A model generated the notes under the pieces. That model was given only the letters and a program-made list of their open reading frames with translations. It did not search any database and was not told where the DNA came from. From contig NZ_JAMXEX010000002.1 of the NCBI RefSeq assembly GCF_025370775.1, positions 616,519 to 648,518 on the forward strand: DNA of 32,000 nt. Reading direction: 5' to 3'. Position 1 is the first letter of the stretch. Every line of letters starts with the position of its first letter. Positions 1 through 8,723 of this stretch are shown here, one piece after another. A program made the position numbers and the translations under genes. This DNA comes from Ancylothrix sp. D3o. Its GTDB lineage: Bacteria > Cyanobacteriota > Cyanobacteriia > Cyanobacteriales > Oscillatoriaceae.

Positions 1-44
1 TTACCAGAAAAACAATCTCTAGCTGTACAACCTGTCGAGCCCCC

Positions 45-1118
45 TCATTTGCCGACAAATTGCCGCAGAGGTTGCGGAAGAGCCGGGACAATTTTTTGCT
101 GCCAAACCGGCATCACTTGCCGTCGCCAAAACACATCAAAACTAGAAGGCTGAATCATACGCCAAGCAAACCCAACCGCAATCAATAAAGCAATCAGTGC
201 AATTGCAGAAGACATCAAAGAGGCAAAAAAATTCGGGCCTTTTGCTCGATGCGCTACAACACGAGGCAACCTTTGAACATAAGCCGGCTCCGAAATATCC
301 TTATAAGGCTCCCTATAAATCTCAGGAATCTCTTCTTGTCGCCTTTGCCCCTTTGTTGTGAATTTTGAGTCACCTGAGCGAGACGAAGAAGATTTTGGTG
401 CTTTTGTTGTTGGCAAACGAGACGAAGAAGATTTTGGTGCTTTTGTCGTTGGCAAACGAGACGAAGAAGATTTTGGTGCTTTTGTTGTTGGCAAACGAGA
501 CGAAGAAGATTTTGGCTTTGCGATTGTAGAGTGATTGAATTTTGAGCCTTGAGCATCATCATTAAAACCCGACATTGGCGAATCAAGGAAAGGAGAAGCT
601 ACAGGCAAAGACTGCTCCAAAACCCGTAACTGCTCAGACACCACCTCCGGCTCTACCCCAGATTTTGCCCACTGCAACAGCGCCACAGTTGGAATTGCAC
701 AAAGATTAACAACTCCCAAAGACTGCAAACGTTTAATCAGAGACAAACTCGTAGAAACAAAAACCACCAATTGTTTAGGCTGCTGTTGCGACAACCCATA
801 AGCACATTGAGCCACCGCCACCATCAGCCTAGCTTGTCGGTTGCCTTCCACCCCACTCGCCGGTTGCAAAGACGTATGAGAAGCGGTAGCACTTGTAAGT
901 TGCCAACCACTGCGAGGCCAAAAACGCAAAAAATCCCCAGCCACCAACTCTTGAGTTGATTCCGCAGCATCGCGCATCAACAACTCAATTTCGTCATAAA
1001 CCGCCACCGGCAGAAAGCAAGTCCCCAAGTGAGAAAAACTTTCCCATTCGCGCCTTTTGCCAGTCATCACTACATCAAAATCTAAAAGTAACAGCACGTT
1101 AAAGCACACCCCAAACAC
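45..1118 (-). CDS. hypothetical membrane-anchored protein: tentative PIN-like N-terminal domain, 13-aa tandem-repeat linker, C-terminal TM helix
   Basis: 357-codon ORF starting at GTG 1118, with an alternative GTG at 1097 just before LLLLDFDVV. The N-terminal pattern (LLLDFDV ... YDEIE ... VVFVSTSLSLIKRLQSLGVVNL) resembles PIN/YacL-type PIN domains. A KSSSSRLPTTKAP unit is repeated, followed by a hydrophobic stretch (FFASLMSSAIALIALLIAVGFAW). The family assignment is from memory only. Confidence 0.65.
   Translation of the reverse strand: MFGVCFNVLLLLDFDVVMTGKRREWESFSHLGTCFLPVAVYDEIELLMRDAAESTQELVAGDFLRFWPRSGWQLTSATASHTSLQPASGVEGNRQARLMVAVAQCAYGLSQQQPKQLVVFVSTSLSLIKRLQSLGVVNLCAIPTVALLQWAKSGVEPEVVSEQLRVLEQSLPVASPFLDSPMSGFNDDAQGSKFNHSTIAKPKSSSSRLPTTKAPKSSSSRLPTTKAPKSSSSRLPTTKAPKSSSSRSGDSKFTTKGQRRQEEIPEIYREPYKDISEPAYVQRLPRVVAHRAKGPNFFASLMSSAIALIALLIAVGFAWRMIQPSSFDVFWRRQVMPVWQQKIVPALPQPLRQFVGK
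379..520 (-). repeat. 39-bp in-frame tandem repeat, about 3.6 copies (encodes SSSSRLPTTKAPK)
   Basis: The unit cgagacgaagaagattttggtgcttttgttgttggcaaa begins at 379, 418, 457 and 496. Copies 1-3 differ by one base (t/c at 446). Copy 4 diverges after about 20 nt. Confidence 0.95.
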
Positions 1119-1332
1119 TAGAGGATTATCGTTTAATTGTTCTTATTTCCATGATAGTGAATAGGCAAGAAGTGATTAAGGAGTATGACACCGCTTTTCA
1201 TGCCAAAAGGTTTTGGGCGGGGATGATCAAGAGTTTTAAAAAAAGGCCGGTTTTGCACAGAGAGGGGATACTTTGAGTGCTTTTGACCAGCCTAAACCTT
1301 ATAAGGGATGCGAAGCTATTGGAAACAACCCT

Positions 1333-2853
1333 CTAACTGCCAATCCCCAGACGACCGGCCAAACCAGGACTTAAAGGCACCAAAGTTGCCAGCATTAAAA
1401 ATAAAGCCAACAACCCCAAAGCTGCACGAGCATCATCTGGTTCTGTAATATCGTCTAAAGCCGGTCTTTCGAGATTGCGTTGCAAAAACAAAATCACAAT
1501 TGCCCAATAAAGCGACAAAGGGTTTAATAAAGCCACCAAGCTCAACACAATTAAAGTCGCTACTGTAGTTCGACCGGCCACTTTGCGGCCATAAATTGCC
1601 TGGACAATACGACCACCGTCTAACTGACCGGCCGGCATCAAATTCAGCGCCGTAACCACTAAACCTAACCATCCCAAAACGGAAAGCGGATGCACATCTA
1701 CCAGAGGTTGTTGCAAAGCATCTCCTAAAACAACTTTCGCTAAAGTTCCCACTAACAGCGAGCCTTTAAAAAACTCGGAAGGAATTTCAAAATAACTACC
1801 TGGATGAGAAAGTAATAAACCTACTATTAACATCCCCAAAGATACCAAACCCCCCGCAGCCGGCCCTGCAAAAGCCACATCAAAAAGCGCTTTTCGAGTG
1901 GGTAAAAGCGACTCAAAACGATTAAACGCCCCAAAACTGCCTAGTTGCAAAGCCGGCAAAAAATAAGGCAAGCTAAAACGAATATTATAGCGTTTTGCCA
2001 TTACTTGATGAGCGACTTCGTGAGCAATTAAAATCGCCCAAATTCCTGCGGCAAAGGGCAGCACTTCCGCCGACCGATTGATATTATTAAAAAAGTCAAA
2101 GTTTCTTACTAATCCAGCGGTTTCGAGGCTTGTGGCCAAGGTTGCCAATATTAACACAACTGAGAGAATTTTTTGCTGGAGGGTTGCCGGTTGAGGGTCA
2201 TTGCTACTCGGCAAAACAATGACTACCGGCTTATTGTCTGGATTTTCTACCAAAAATAAGCGGTAGCGTTCTCCTAAACGTGCTTGTAATTTTTCTGCTA
2301 AACGAGGCTGAACTGTGGCCGGTTCTCCGCGCAAATTGCCTTTAAAAATTGCCCCATCCTGATAGGAAATTGTTTCGGTGGCAAAAAAGGTATCTATGCC
2401 AAAAATTTCCTTAATTGTTTGCAAGTCTGGCCCCGGAATCGGCAGCACTTCGCCGTCTGGGATGGGAGGTATTTGAGTGGTGTTGGTGGGGTTATCGGTT
2501 TTTGGTTCGAGTTTTGGTTCTGAAACTGCCGGTGTGGCTTCAGATTTTAAAAGTGCTTCCAGTTTTTCCCGCAAAGCTGTATCTTGACTACTGGCTCGTA
2601 ATTGATTTCCTAAATAAATATACAATCCAGCAAAGCCAACTAATAAAAACAAAATGCTGACTAAATTAAGATAAACGCCGGCAGCAAATAAACCAAAAAA
2701 AATCAACCAAGGAGCCATCAAAGAAACAGATTGCAGCCAAGCTAAAACTCCCAGTTTGCCGAAGGGTTTGGCTCGGTAATAACCCCACCCCAAAATGCCT
2801 AAAGCTACTAGCACAATTGCAATCGTTGCCGCGTTTTCGGTCGCTATCGCCAT
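1333..2853 (-). CDS. site-2 protease family (M50) zinc metalloprotease, EGY-like
   Basis: 506 aa with an ATG start. It has HEVAH (HExxH) in a hydrophobic segment and the downstream NLMPAGQLDGGR motif. Multiple TM helices lie at both ends. Confidence 0.9.
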   Translation of the reverse strand: MAIATENAATIAIVLVALGILGWGYYRAKPFGKLGVLAWLQSVSLMAPWLIFFGLFAAGVYLNLVSILFLLVGFAGLYIYLGNQLRASSQDTALREKLEALLKSEATPAVSEPKLEPKTDNPTNTTQIPPIPDGEVLPIPGPDLQTIKEIFGIDTFFATETISYQDGAIFKGNLRGEPATVQPRLAEKLQARLGERYRLFLVENPDNKPVVIVLPSSNDPQPATLQQKILSVVLILATLATSLETAGLVRNFDFFNNINRSAEVLPFAAGIWAILIAHEVAHQVMAKRYNIRFSLPYFLPALQLGSFGAFNRFESLLPTRKALFDVAFAGPAAGGLVSLGMLIVGLLLSHPGSYFEIPSEFFKGSLLVGTLAKVVLGDALQQPLVDVHPLSVLGWLGLVVTALNLMPAGQLDGGRIVQAIYGRKVAGRTTVATLIVLSLVALLNPLSLYWAIVILFLQRNLERPALDDITEPDDARAALGLLALFLMLATLVPLSPGLAGRLGIGS

Positions 2854-3344
2854 TTCTCAACCTTTGCTTTCATTTAATTAATAGTGCCTGAGTCGTCTGC
2901 AAGACAATTTGTCCAGAGAGATATCTGTCGGTGTGACTTTCTCTGAGCAAAACGACCCCTACTTTAAGTATATTGGCCGGTGGCTCTTGTCAAAAATTCC
3001 TTGTCGCCGCTTACTTAATGGTAGCGGGAAGCGCACTCTTCTTTTGTTTGCAAGATAGTTCTTCCTTATCAATTTTAGCATAGCATGGCTGGGGGATGGA
3101 TGTCAACTGCTTTACTCTTCTTTATTAGGGGCCGGTTTAAACAATATTTCTGACATTTTTTGTTGTCACCTCCCTAAAGACTCAAACATAATATTTCTAA
3201 ATGCAGAAAAAGTGAGAGACATTTAGCAAGCGTACAGGCTTTAGCAGTAAATTTAAGAGCTTTTGAGGTTTGACTTTCCTGTTGTTCTGCTTGATGGCTA
3301 CACCTTTACTGCTCAACATCTTAAACTCTACAATCCTTAAATTC

Positions 3345-6300
3345 ATGTCACAACAAAGCAGCCTCAATAACGATATTTTAATCGGAACAATAGATGCAGA
3401 TACCCTCGCTGGAAGAGCCGGCAACGATATCTTACTTGGTTTAGGTAATGACGATCTATTGTTTGGCAATGCAGACGATGATTTAATATTTGGCAACACC
3501 GGCAATGATATCCTACGCGGGGGACAAGGAAACGACCTCTTGCAGGGTGGGGCTGGCGATGATCAAGTATCTGGAGATTTAGGAAATGATACAGTTAATG
3601 GTGAACTAGGCAACGATACTTTATTTGGTGGATGTTCCGACGGCAGCAACAACGACAGGAACGGGCAAGACGTTCTCATCGGTGGTAGCGGTGATGATTT
3701 AATATATGGTAATGGTGGAGAAGATCAACTTTTCGGAAACACCGGCACCGATACTCTAGCCGGGGGAAAAGGTAACGACACCCTCAACGGAGGCACCGGC
3801 AACGATATCTTATCAGGAGATAAGGGAGATGACCGACTTGTTGGAGATATAGGTGCAGATACCCTTACCGGCGCAGAGGGTAATGATATCTTTGTGATAG
3901 GTTTACGCAAAGATGTCCCTGGAGTATTATCCACCGGCGGGGCAGAAATTAAAGATGCAGATTGGGTTACAGATTTTGTCAAAGGTCAAGATAAAATTGA
4001 AATCTTGGGTGGATTAACTTTTGAGCAATTAAGGATATTTGCCGGCTCTGGAGAGTATGCTGGGTTTAGCATTATTCAAGAAACAATCACAAACCAATAT
4101 TTAGCAATTTTACGGGGCATTGAAGCGCTTACAATTGAGCGTAGTGATTTTGTTGGCTTGGCTGCTTCAACACCGGCACCGACACCGGCACCAAACCCAA
4201 CACCAACACCGGCACCAACACCAAACCCAAACCCAACACCGGCACCAAACCCAACACCAGATCCTATACCTGCACCAGATCCTATACCGACACCAACACC
4301 AGATCCCACACCAACGCCGACACCAACACCAGATCCCACACCCACACCGGCACCAGATCCCACACCCAAACCAACGCCAACACCAACACCGGCACCCGAA
4401 AACAACACACCAACTGCCGGTACTATTGCATCTCAAACAGCCACAGAAGATACAGCATTTAACTTCACCATACCCACCGGCACTTTTGCAGATATTGATG
4501 CCGGAGACAGCCTAACTTATAGTGCAACTCTTGCAGATGGAAGTGATCTACCAAGCTGGCTACAATTTAACGCGGCTTCTCAGACATTTTCGGGAACTCC
4601 AGCTAATGAGAATGTCGGTATTTTAACGATAAAATTGACAGCAACAGACACAAGTAATGCTTCAGTATCAAGCAACTTTGATATTACTGTGGCTAATGTC
4701 AATGATGCGCCAACTTTAACAGCAACAGCAGTTACCTTCACGGCTATTGATGAAGATGTCACGACAAATATAGGCGATGCAGTTGATATTACGGCACTCA
4801 CATCATTAATAAATAATGTTGATACTGGCGCTGTTAAAGGTATTGCTGTAACAGGTGTTGATAATACTAATGGCCAATGGCAATACACAATAGATGGAAC
4901 TACCTGGAATGATTTTTCAGCCACAACAGAAAGTAACGTAGATATTTCAACAACGGCACGACTTTTAACGGCATCTACTACTAATAAAATTCGTTTTGTT
5001 CCGAATGCTAATTATAACGGTAGTTCGGGAAATATTACTTTCCGTGCTTGGGATACTACAAGTGGAACGAATGGGGATGTAGCAGATACGTCAATAAATG
5101 GTGGAATAACGGCATTTAGTAGTAATACAAATACGGCAAGTTTGAGTGTTAATGCTGTTAATGATGAGCCGGTGGCTGTGGATGATCCTCTGCCAGATGC
5201 AACAGTTTTGTTGAGTACAGGAATTTTAATTCAAGCTTCAGAATTAGTGCTAAATGATACCGATGTAGAAAATGATACCTTGACTGTTACGGGTGTTTCT
5301 AATCCCACAAATGGCACAGTATCTCTGATAAATGGGGTAGTAAAATTTAATCCCACAGCTACAGGTAGAGCCTCATTTGCTTACACAGTATCTGATGAAA
5401 ATGGAGGGACTGCTGAAGCAGCAGTGAATTTCAATATCACTTCGGTTAATGCGGTGAATTTGAGTAATATTGTATCGGGGACGAATTTGCCATTGGGGGC
5501 AAAGGGTTTTGTAATTAATGGTGAGGTGACTAATGAAATGAGCGGCTTTCCTGTCAGTAGTGCAGGAGATGTCAACGGTGATGGTTTGGCTGATTTAATT
5601 GTTGCTGCTCCTGGTAATACTCCTAGTTCTGATATTAATGCCAGGAAGTCTTATCTAGTGTTTGGAAAAACAGACACTACTGCAATTAATTTAAATTCTC
5701 TCGGTACTGGGGGCTTTATCATCAATGGTGAAGCGGCTGGTGACTGGACTGGCTGGAGTTTCAGCAGTGGAGGAGATGTAAACGGTGATGGGTTTGCTGA
5801 TTTAATTGTTGGCGCTCCCGATGCTGATCCTGCTTCTGTTAATCGTGCCGGGAAGTCATACGTTGTGTTTGGAAAAACAGACACTAATGCAGTTAATTTA
5901 AGCTCTCTCGGTAGCGGTGGTTTTATCATCAATGGTGAGGTGGCGTCTGACCAGAGTGGCTATTCTGTTAGCAGTGCAGGAGATGTGAATGGTGATGGTT
6001 TTGGTGATTTAATTGTTGGTGTTCCTGGTGGTAGTCCGGCTTCTTTCCCTGTTGGTAATCCTGGTTTTGATCCTACGTCTGGTAACTATACAGGCAAGTC
6101 ATACCTGGTGTTTGGCAAAACAGACACTAATACAATTAATTTAAGCTCTCTCGGTACGGGGGGTTTTATCATTAATGGACAGGCGTTTGGTGACCAAAGC
6201 GGCTGGAGCGTCAGCAATGCAGGAGATGTCAACGGTGATGGTTTGGCTGATTTAATTATTGGTGCCCGCTATGCTGATCCTGCTTCTGGTAGTGCTGCCG

Positions 6301-7496
6301 GCAAGTCATACCTAGTGTTTGGCAAAACAGACACTAATACAATTAATTTAAGCTCTCTCGGTACGGGGGGTCTTATCATCAATGGCGAGGCGGCTGGTGA
6401 TATGAGCGGCGTTTCTGTCAACACTGCCGGCGATGTGAATGGTGATGGTTTGGCTGATGTAGTTGTTGGTACTTTATTTGCTGATACTGCTTCAGGAGTT
6501 GATGCCGGCAAGTCATACCTGGTGTTTGGCAAAACAAACACTGATGCTATTAATTTAAATTCTCTTGGTACTGAGGGCTTTATCATTAATGGTGAGGCCG
6601 CTAATGATTTTAGCGGCATTTCTGTCAACAGTGCCGGCGACATCAACGGTGATGGTTTGACTGATTTAATTGTTGGTGCTCCCTTGGCTGATACTGCTTC
6701 AGGAGTTGATGCCGGCAAGTCATATCTGGTGTTTGGCAAAACAGACAATACGGCAATTAATTTAAGTTCTCTCGGTACTGGTGGTTTTATCATCAATGGT
6801 GAGGCGACTTATGACAATAGCGGCTCTTCTGTCAGCAGTGCAGGGGATGTCAATGGTGATGGTTTGGCTGATTTAATTGTTGGTGCTCCCTTTGCTGATC
6901 CTGCTTCTGGTACTAATGCCGGCAAGTCTTACGTCATATTTGGTGGAGACTTCACCGGCGCCGTCACTCAACTAGGTACCGATGCTGTTGATAATCTCAC
7001 CGGCACCGCAAATGATGAAGCTTTAGTTGGTGCAGCCGGCGATGATATTCTCAGCGATGGTGGTTTTACTAATACCCTGATGTATGGTGGTGCAGGTAAT
7101 GATTCTATCAGCATCAACAATGCTAATTTCCGCCGTTTGGATGGTGGTTTAGGAAATGATACTTTGGTATTAGCAGGAAGTGGCATAACTTTAAACCTCA
7201 CCGGCACCGCAGATAACACTAAAATCGCTTCTTTTGAAACTATCGATTTAACCGGCACCGGCAATAACACCTTAACTTTAAGTTATGGTTCTCTGTTGAA
7301 TTTGGTTGAAGAAACTCGTGCTTCTGGTGGCTTCAATCGTTTAACAGTGCGTGGTGACACCGGCGATATTATCACAGTCAATTTAGCCGGCTTTGGTTTC
7401 ATTAGCAGCTTTGGTGCAACTGAAACTACCTACACTAAAGGCAACTTGCAGTTAGTTGTGGAAAACGATATCACTCAAACCGGCATTACGATTTAG
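3345..7496 (+). CDS. giant calcium-binding surface/secreted protein: RTX repeats, Pro/Thr linker, cadherin-like/Ig-like modules, seven FG-GAP blades, C-terminal RTX-like block
   Basis: The ORF is open from 3270 (TTG), with ATG candidates at 3294 and 3345; I chose 3345 ([15 protein letters not shown]). It has many GxGNDxL nonapeptides and a PT-rich linker. Modules end in NVNDAPT and VNAVNDEPV. The DVNGDGxADLIVGA motif occurs seven times. No N-terminal signal peptide is visible. Confidence 0.88.
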   Translation: MSQQSSLNNDILIGTIDADTLAGRAGNDILLGLGNDDLLFGNADDDLIFGNTGNDILRGGQGNDLLQGGAGDDQVSGDLGNDTVNGELGNDTLFGGCSDGSNNDRNGQDVLIGGSGDDLIYGNGGEDQLFGNTGTDTLAGGKGNDTLNGGTGNDILSGDKGDDRLVGDIGADTLTGAEGNDIFVIGLRKDVPGVLSTGGAEIKDADWVTDFVKGQDKIEILGGLTFEQLRIFAGSGEYAGFSIIQETITNQYLAILRGIEALTIERSDFVGLAASTPAPTPAPNPTPTPAPTPNPNPTPAPNPTPDPIPAPDPIPTPTPDPTPTPTPTPDPTPTPAPDPTPKPTPTPTPAPENNTPTAGTIASQTATEDTAFNFTIPTGTFADIDAGDSLTYSATLADGSDLPSWLQFNAASQTFSGTPANENVGILTIKLTATDTSNASVSSNFDITVANVNDAPTLTATAVTFTAIDEDVTTNIGDAVDITALTSLINNVDTGAVKGIAVTGVDNTNGQWQYTIDGTTWNDFSATTESNVDISTTARLLTASTTNKIRFVPNANYNGSSGNITFRAWDTTSGTNGDVADTSINGGITAFSSNTNTASLSVNAVNDEPVAVDDPLPDATVLLSTGILIQASELVLNDTDVENDTLTVTGVSNPTNGTVSLINGVVKFNPTATGRASFAYTVSDENGGTAEAAVNFNITSVNAVNLSNIVSGTNLPLGAKGFVINGEVTNEMSGFPVSSAGDVNGDGLADLIVAAPGNTPSSDINARKSYLVFGKTDTTAINLNSLGTGGFIINGEAAGDWTGWSFSSGGDVNGDGFADLIVGAPDADPASVNRAGKSYVVFGKTDTNAVNLSSLGSGGFIINGEVASDQSGYSVSSAGDVNGDGFGDLIVGVPGGSPASFPVGNPGFDPTSGNYTGKSYLVFGKTDTNTINLSSLGTGGFIINGQAFGDQSGWSVSNAGDVNGDGLADLIIGARYADPASGSAAGKSYLVFGKTDTNTINLSSLGTGGLIINGEAAGDMSGVSVNTAGDVNGDGLADVVVGTLFADTASGVDAGKSYLVFGKTNTDAINLNSLGTEGFIINGEAANDFSGISVNSAGDINGDGLTDLIVGAPLADTASGVDAGKSYLVFGKTDNTAINLSSLGTGGFIINGEATYDNSGSSVSSAGDVNGDGLADLIVGAPFADPASGTNAGKSYVIFGGDFTGAVTQLGTDAVDNLTGTANDEALVGAAGDDILSDGGFTNTLMYGGAGNDSISINNANFRRLDGGLGNDTLVLAGSGITLNLTGTADNTKIASFETIDLTGTGNNTLTLSYGSLLNLVEETRASGGFNRLTVRGDTGDIITVNLAGFGFISSFGATETTYTKGNLQLVVENDITQTGITI
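4168..4400 (+). repeat. low-complexity Pro/Thr-rich linker coding repeat ([11 protein letters not shown]...)
   Basis: About 230 nt consist of cca/ccg/aca/acc-type codons. All overlapping frames are stop-free, which generates spurious ORFs 4076..4515. Confidence 0.9.
5497..6950 (+). repeat. seven tandem FG-GAP/integrin-alpha-like blade repeats (about 205-245 bp period)
   Basis: gatgt[n]aa[yc]ggtgatgg motifs occur at about 5568, 5775, 5982, 6228, 6432, 6639 and 6846. Each is preceded by a [12 protein letters not shown]...[16 protein letters not shown] segment. Confidence 0.9.
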
Positions 7497-7500
7497 TCTT

Positions 7501-7516
7501 AAGAAGCCGGCTTTTT
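7501..7516 (+). terminator. candidate minimal terminator: AAGCCGGCTT palindrome followed by a T-run, 5 nt after the giant-protein stop
   Basis: The sequence is aagaagccggcttttt. The short GC core has a 3' T5. The stem is very short, so function is uncertain. Confidence 0.3.
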
Positions 7517-7535
7517 CACTTGTAAGTAAACCTTT

Positions 7536-7554
7536 GAGAAAGCCGGTTTTTCTC
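7536..7554 (+). terminator. candidate hairpin GAGAAA-gccggtt-TTTCTC
   Basis: A 6-bp stem (7536-7541 with 7549-7554) surrounds a GCCGG-containing loop. The stem is AT-rich and weak. Confidence 0.25.
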
Positions 7555-7612
7555 CTCAACTTTTCCGAATCAAAAAAAGCCAAAAAAAAACCTAATTTCT
7601 GCCAAAAATCGC

Positions 7613-7642
7613 TTGACAATATGCAGGCCGGCGTGATATAAT
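7613..7642 (+). promoter_or_regulatory. consensus sigma70-type promoter TTGACA-N18-TATAAT with no downstream same-strand CDS
   Basis: TTGACA lies at 7613-7618 and TATAAT at 7637-7642. The spacer is 18 nt. It points into the 3' end of the minus-strand murQ. Confidence 0.4.
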
Positions 7643-7728
7643 AAAATCGATAAGGAAGAACTATCATAAAATAAATCACCTTATTGTAGAGATCGGCCTT
7701 CCAAAAGATTTAGAAAAACCAGAATAAA

Positions 7729-7781
7729 GGGCGGGTTTAGCGAGAACCATGCAAGAATCAAAAAAATCGGTTAACCCGCCC
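7729..7781. other. long-range hairpin GGGCGGGTT ... AACCCGCCC next to the murQ stop; an A7/T7 run lies at 7761-7767
   Basis: A perfect 9-bp complement pairs 7729-7737 with 7773-7781, leaving a 35-nt loop. On the minus strand, GC-rich sequence followed by T7 lies directly after the murQ stop, so it may be the murQ terminator. Confidence 0.4.
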
Positions 7782-7785
7782 CTAC

Positions 7786-8709
7786 TTATTGCTGAGATTT
7801 TTGATAACTAAGCAGGGCCGGTCGCAGTTGACCTTGATGAGCATTAAGTAACTCAACACCGGCCTCCTTATCCAACCCCGTCCAGTGCATCAGCAAAGAC
7901 AACTTCACCGACCGGCCACTACGCTCAAGCAAATAACCAGCATCTTCCCGACTTAACTCTGTTAAATCTACCAACATTCGTAAAGCGCGGTCGTGTAGCT
8001 TTTTATTAGTGACAGCCACATCAACCATGCGATTACCATAAACCTTACCTAGCTTCACCATCACGCCGGTAGAAATAATATTCAAAGCCATCTTAGTAAC
8101 CGTACCGGCCTTAAGTCGCGTCGAACCGGCCAAAATTTCCGGCCCCACCAACAAACGAATATCCACATCCGCCTCAGACTTCACCTGAGTAGCCGGCACA
8201 CAAGCAATCAAAACCGTACTAGCGCCCCGTGCTTTAGCAGCATTCAGAGCACCTTGAACAAAAGGAGTAGTCCCGCCGGCAGTAATACCCACCACCACAT
8301 CCAACTCAGTAATTTGCCGGTGAGCAATAGCCTCCGCCCCATCTTCCGCGCGATCCTCCAAATCTTCCGAACTGCGAATCAGCGCACCGGCCCCCCCAGC
8401 AATAATACCCTGCACCAACTCCGGCGGTGAGCAGAAAGTAGGCGGACATTCCGCCGCATCCAAAACTCCCAACCGGCCAGAAGTCCCCGCACCCACATAA
8501 AACAACCGGCCACCCCGATGCAATTGATGAGCGCCGATATCAATAGCCTTAGCCAATTGTTCCTTAGCCTCAGCAATAGCCGAAAGAGTTTTTGCATCCT
8601 CAGAATTAAACAACTCCACCAATTCCAAAGAACTAAGCTGATCAAGGTTTTGGCTATTGGGGTTAACTTGTTCAGTGAGTAGGTGTCCGCGTTCTTCTAA
8701 ATTATTCAT
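7786..8709 (-). CDS. murQ: N-acetylmuramic acid 6-phosphate etherase
   Basis: 307 aa with an ATG start. It is a SIS-domain protein with the GAGTSGRLGVLDAAECPPTF and ITAGGTTPF motifs typical of MurQ. Confidence 0.9.
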   Translation of the reverse strand: MNNLEERGHLLTEQVNPNSQNLDQLSSLELVELFNSEDAKTLSAIAEAKEQLAKAIDIGAHQLHRGGRLFYVGAGTSGRLGVLDAAECPPTFCSPPELVQGIIAGGAGALIRSSEDLEDRAEDGAEAIAHRQITELDVVVGITAGGTTPFVQGALNAAKARGASTVLIACVPATQVKSEADVDIRLLVGPEILAGSTRLKAGTVTKMALNIISTGVMVKLGKVYGNRMVDVAVTNKKLHDRALRMLVDLTELSREDAGYLLERSGRSVKLSLLMHWTGLDKEAGVELLNAHQGQLRPALLSYQKSQQ

Positions 8710-8723
8710 TCTTCTTTGGGTTC

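Noticed and set aside
254-959. ORFs 254..586(-) and 771..959(+) overlapping the first gene
   Set aside because: The first is an alternative frame of the 39-bp repeat (a repetitive QKHQNLLRLVCQ product). The second is an antisense ORF with Arg/His-rich composition. Neither is credible next to the 357-codon frame.
1151-1276. 41-codon plus-strand ORF (MIVNRQEVIKEYDTAFHAKRFWAGMIKSFKKRPVLHREGIL) in the intergenic region
   Set aside because: The composition looks protein-like, but there is no SD and no recognisable family. It is too short to support without conservation data.
3197-3505. ORF 3197..3505(-) overlapping the start of the giant protein
   Set aside because: It is antisense to RTX repeats and the upstream spacer, with a Leu/Ser/Pro-rich low-information product.
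4076-4515. ORFs 4076..4408(-), 4120..4515(+) and 4167..4436(-), encoding GVGVG-, HRHQ- and WCRC-type low-complexity products
   Set aside because: They are alternative-frame or antisense readings of the Pro/Thr linker of the giant protein. The region is stop-free only because of its biased codon repeats.
5497-6950. Regularly spaced repeats that could be mistaken for a CRISPR array (also the 39-bp repeat at 379-520)
   Set aside because: The repeats are in frame within long ORFs. The 'spacers' are themselves homologous between units, no cas genes are present, and the period (about 207 bp or 39 bp contiguous) does not fit a CRISPR array.
5381-7270. Antisense ORFs (5381..5575, 5651..5932, 6269..6796, 6968..7270) inside the FG-GAP/RTX region
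   Set aside because: They mirror the sense-strand repeat periodicity and have no start context. They sit entirely within a far better supported 1400-codon CDS.
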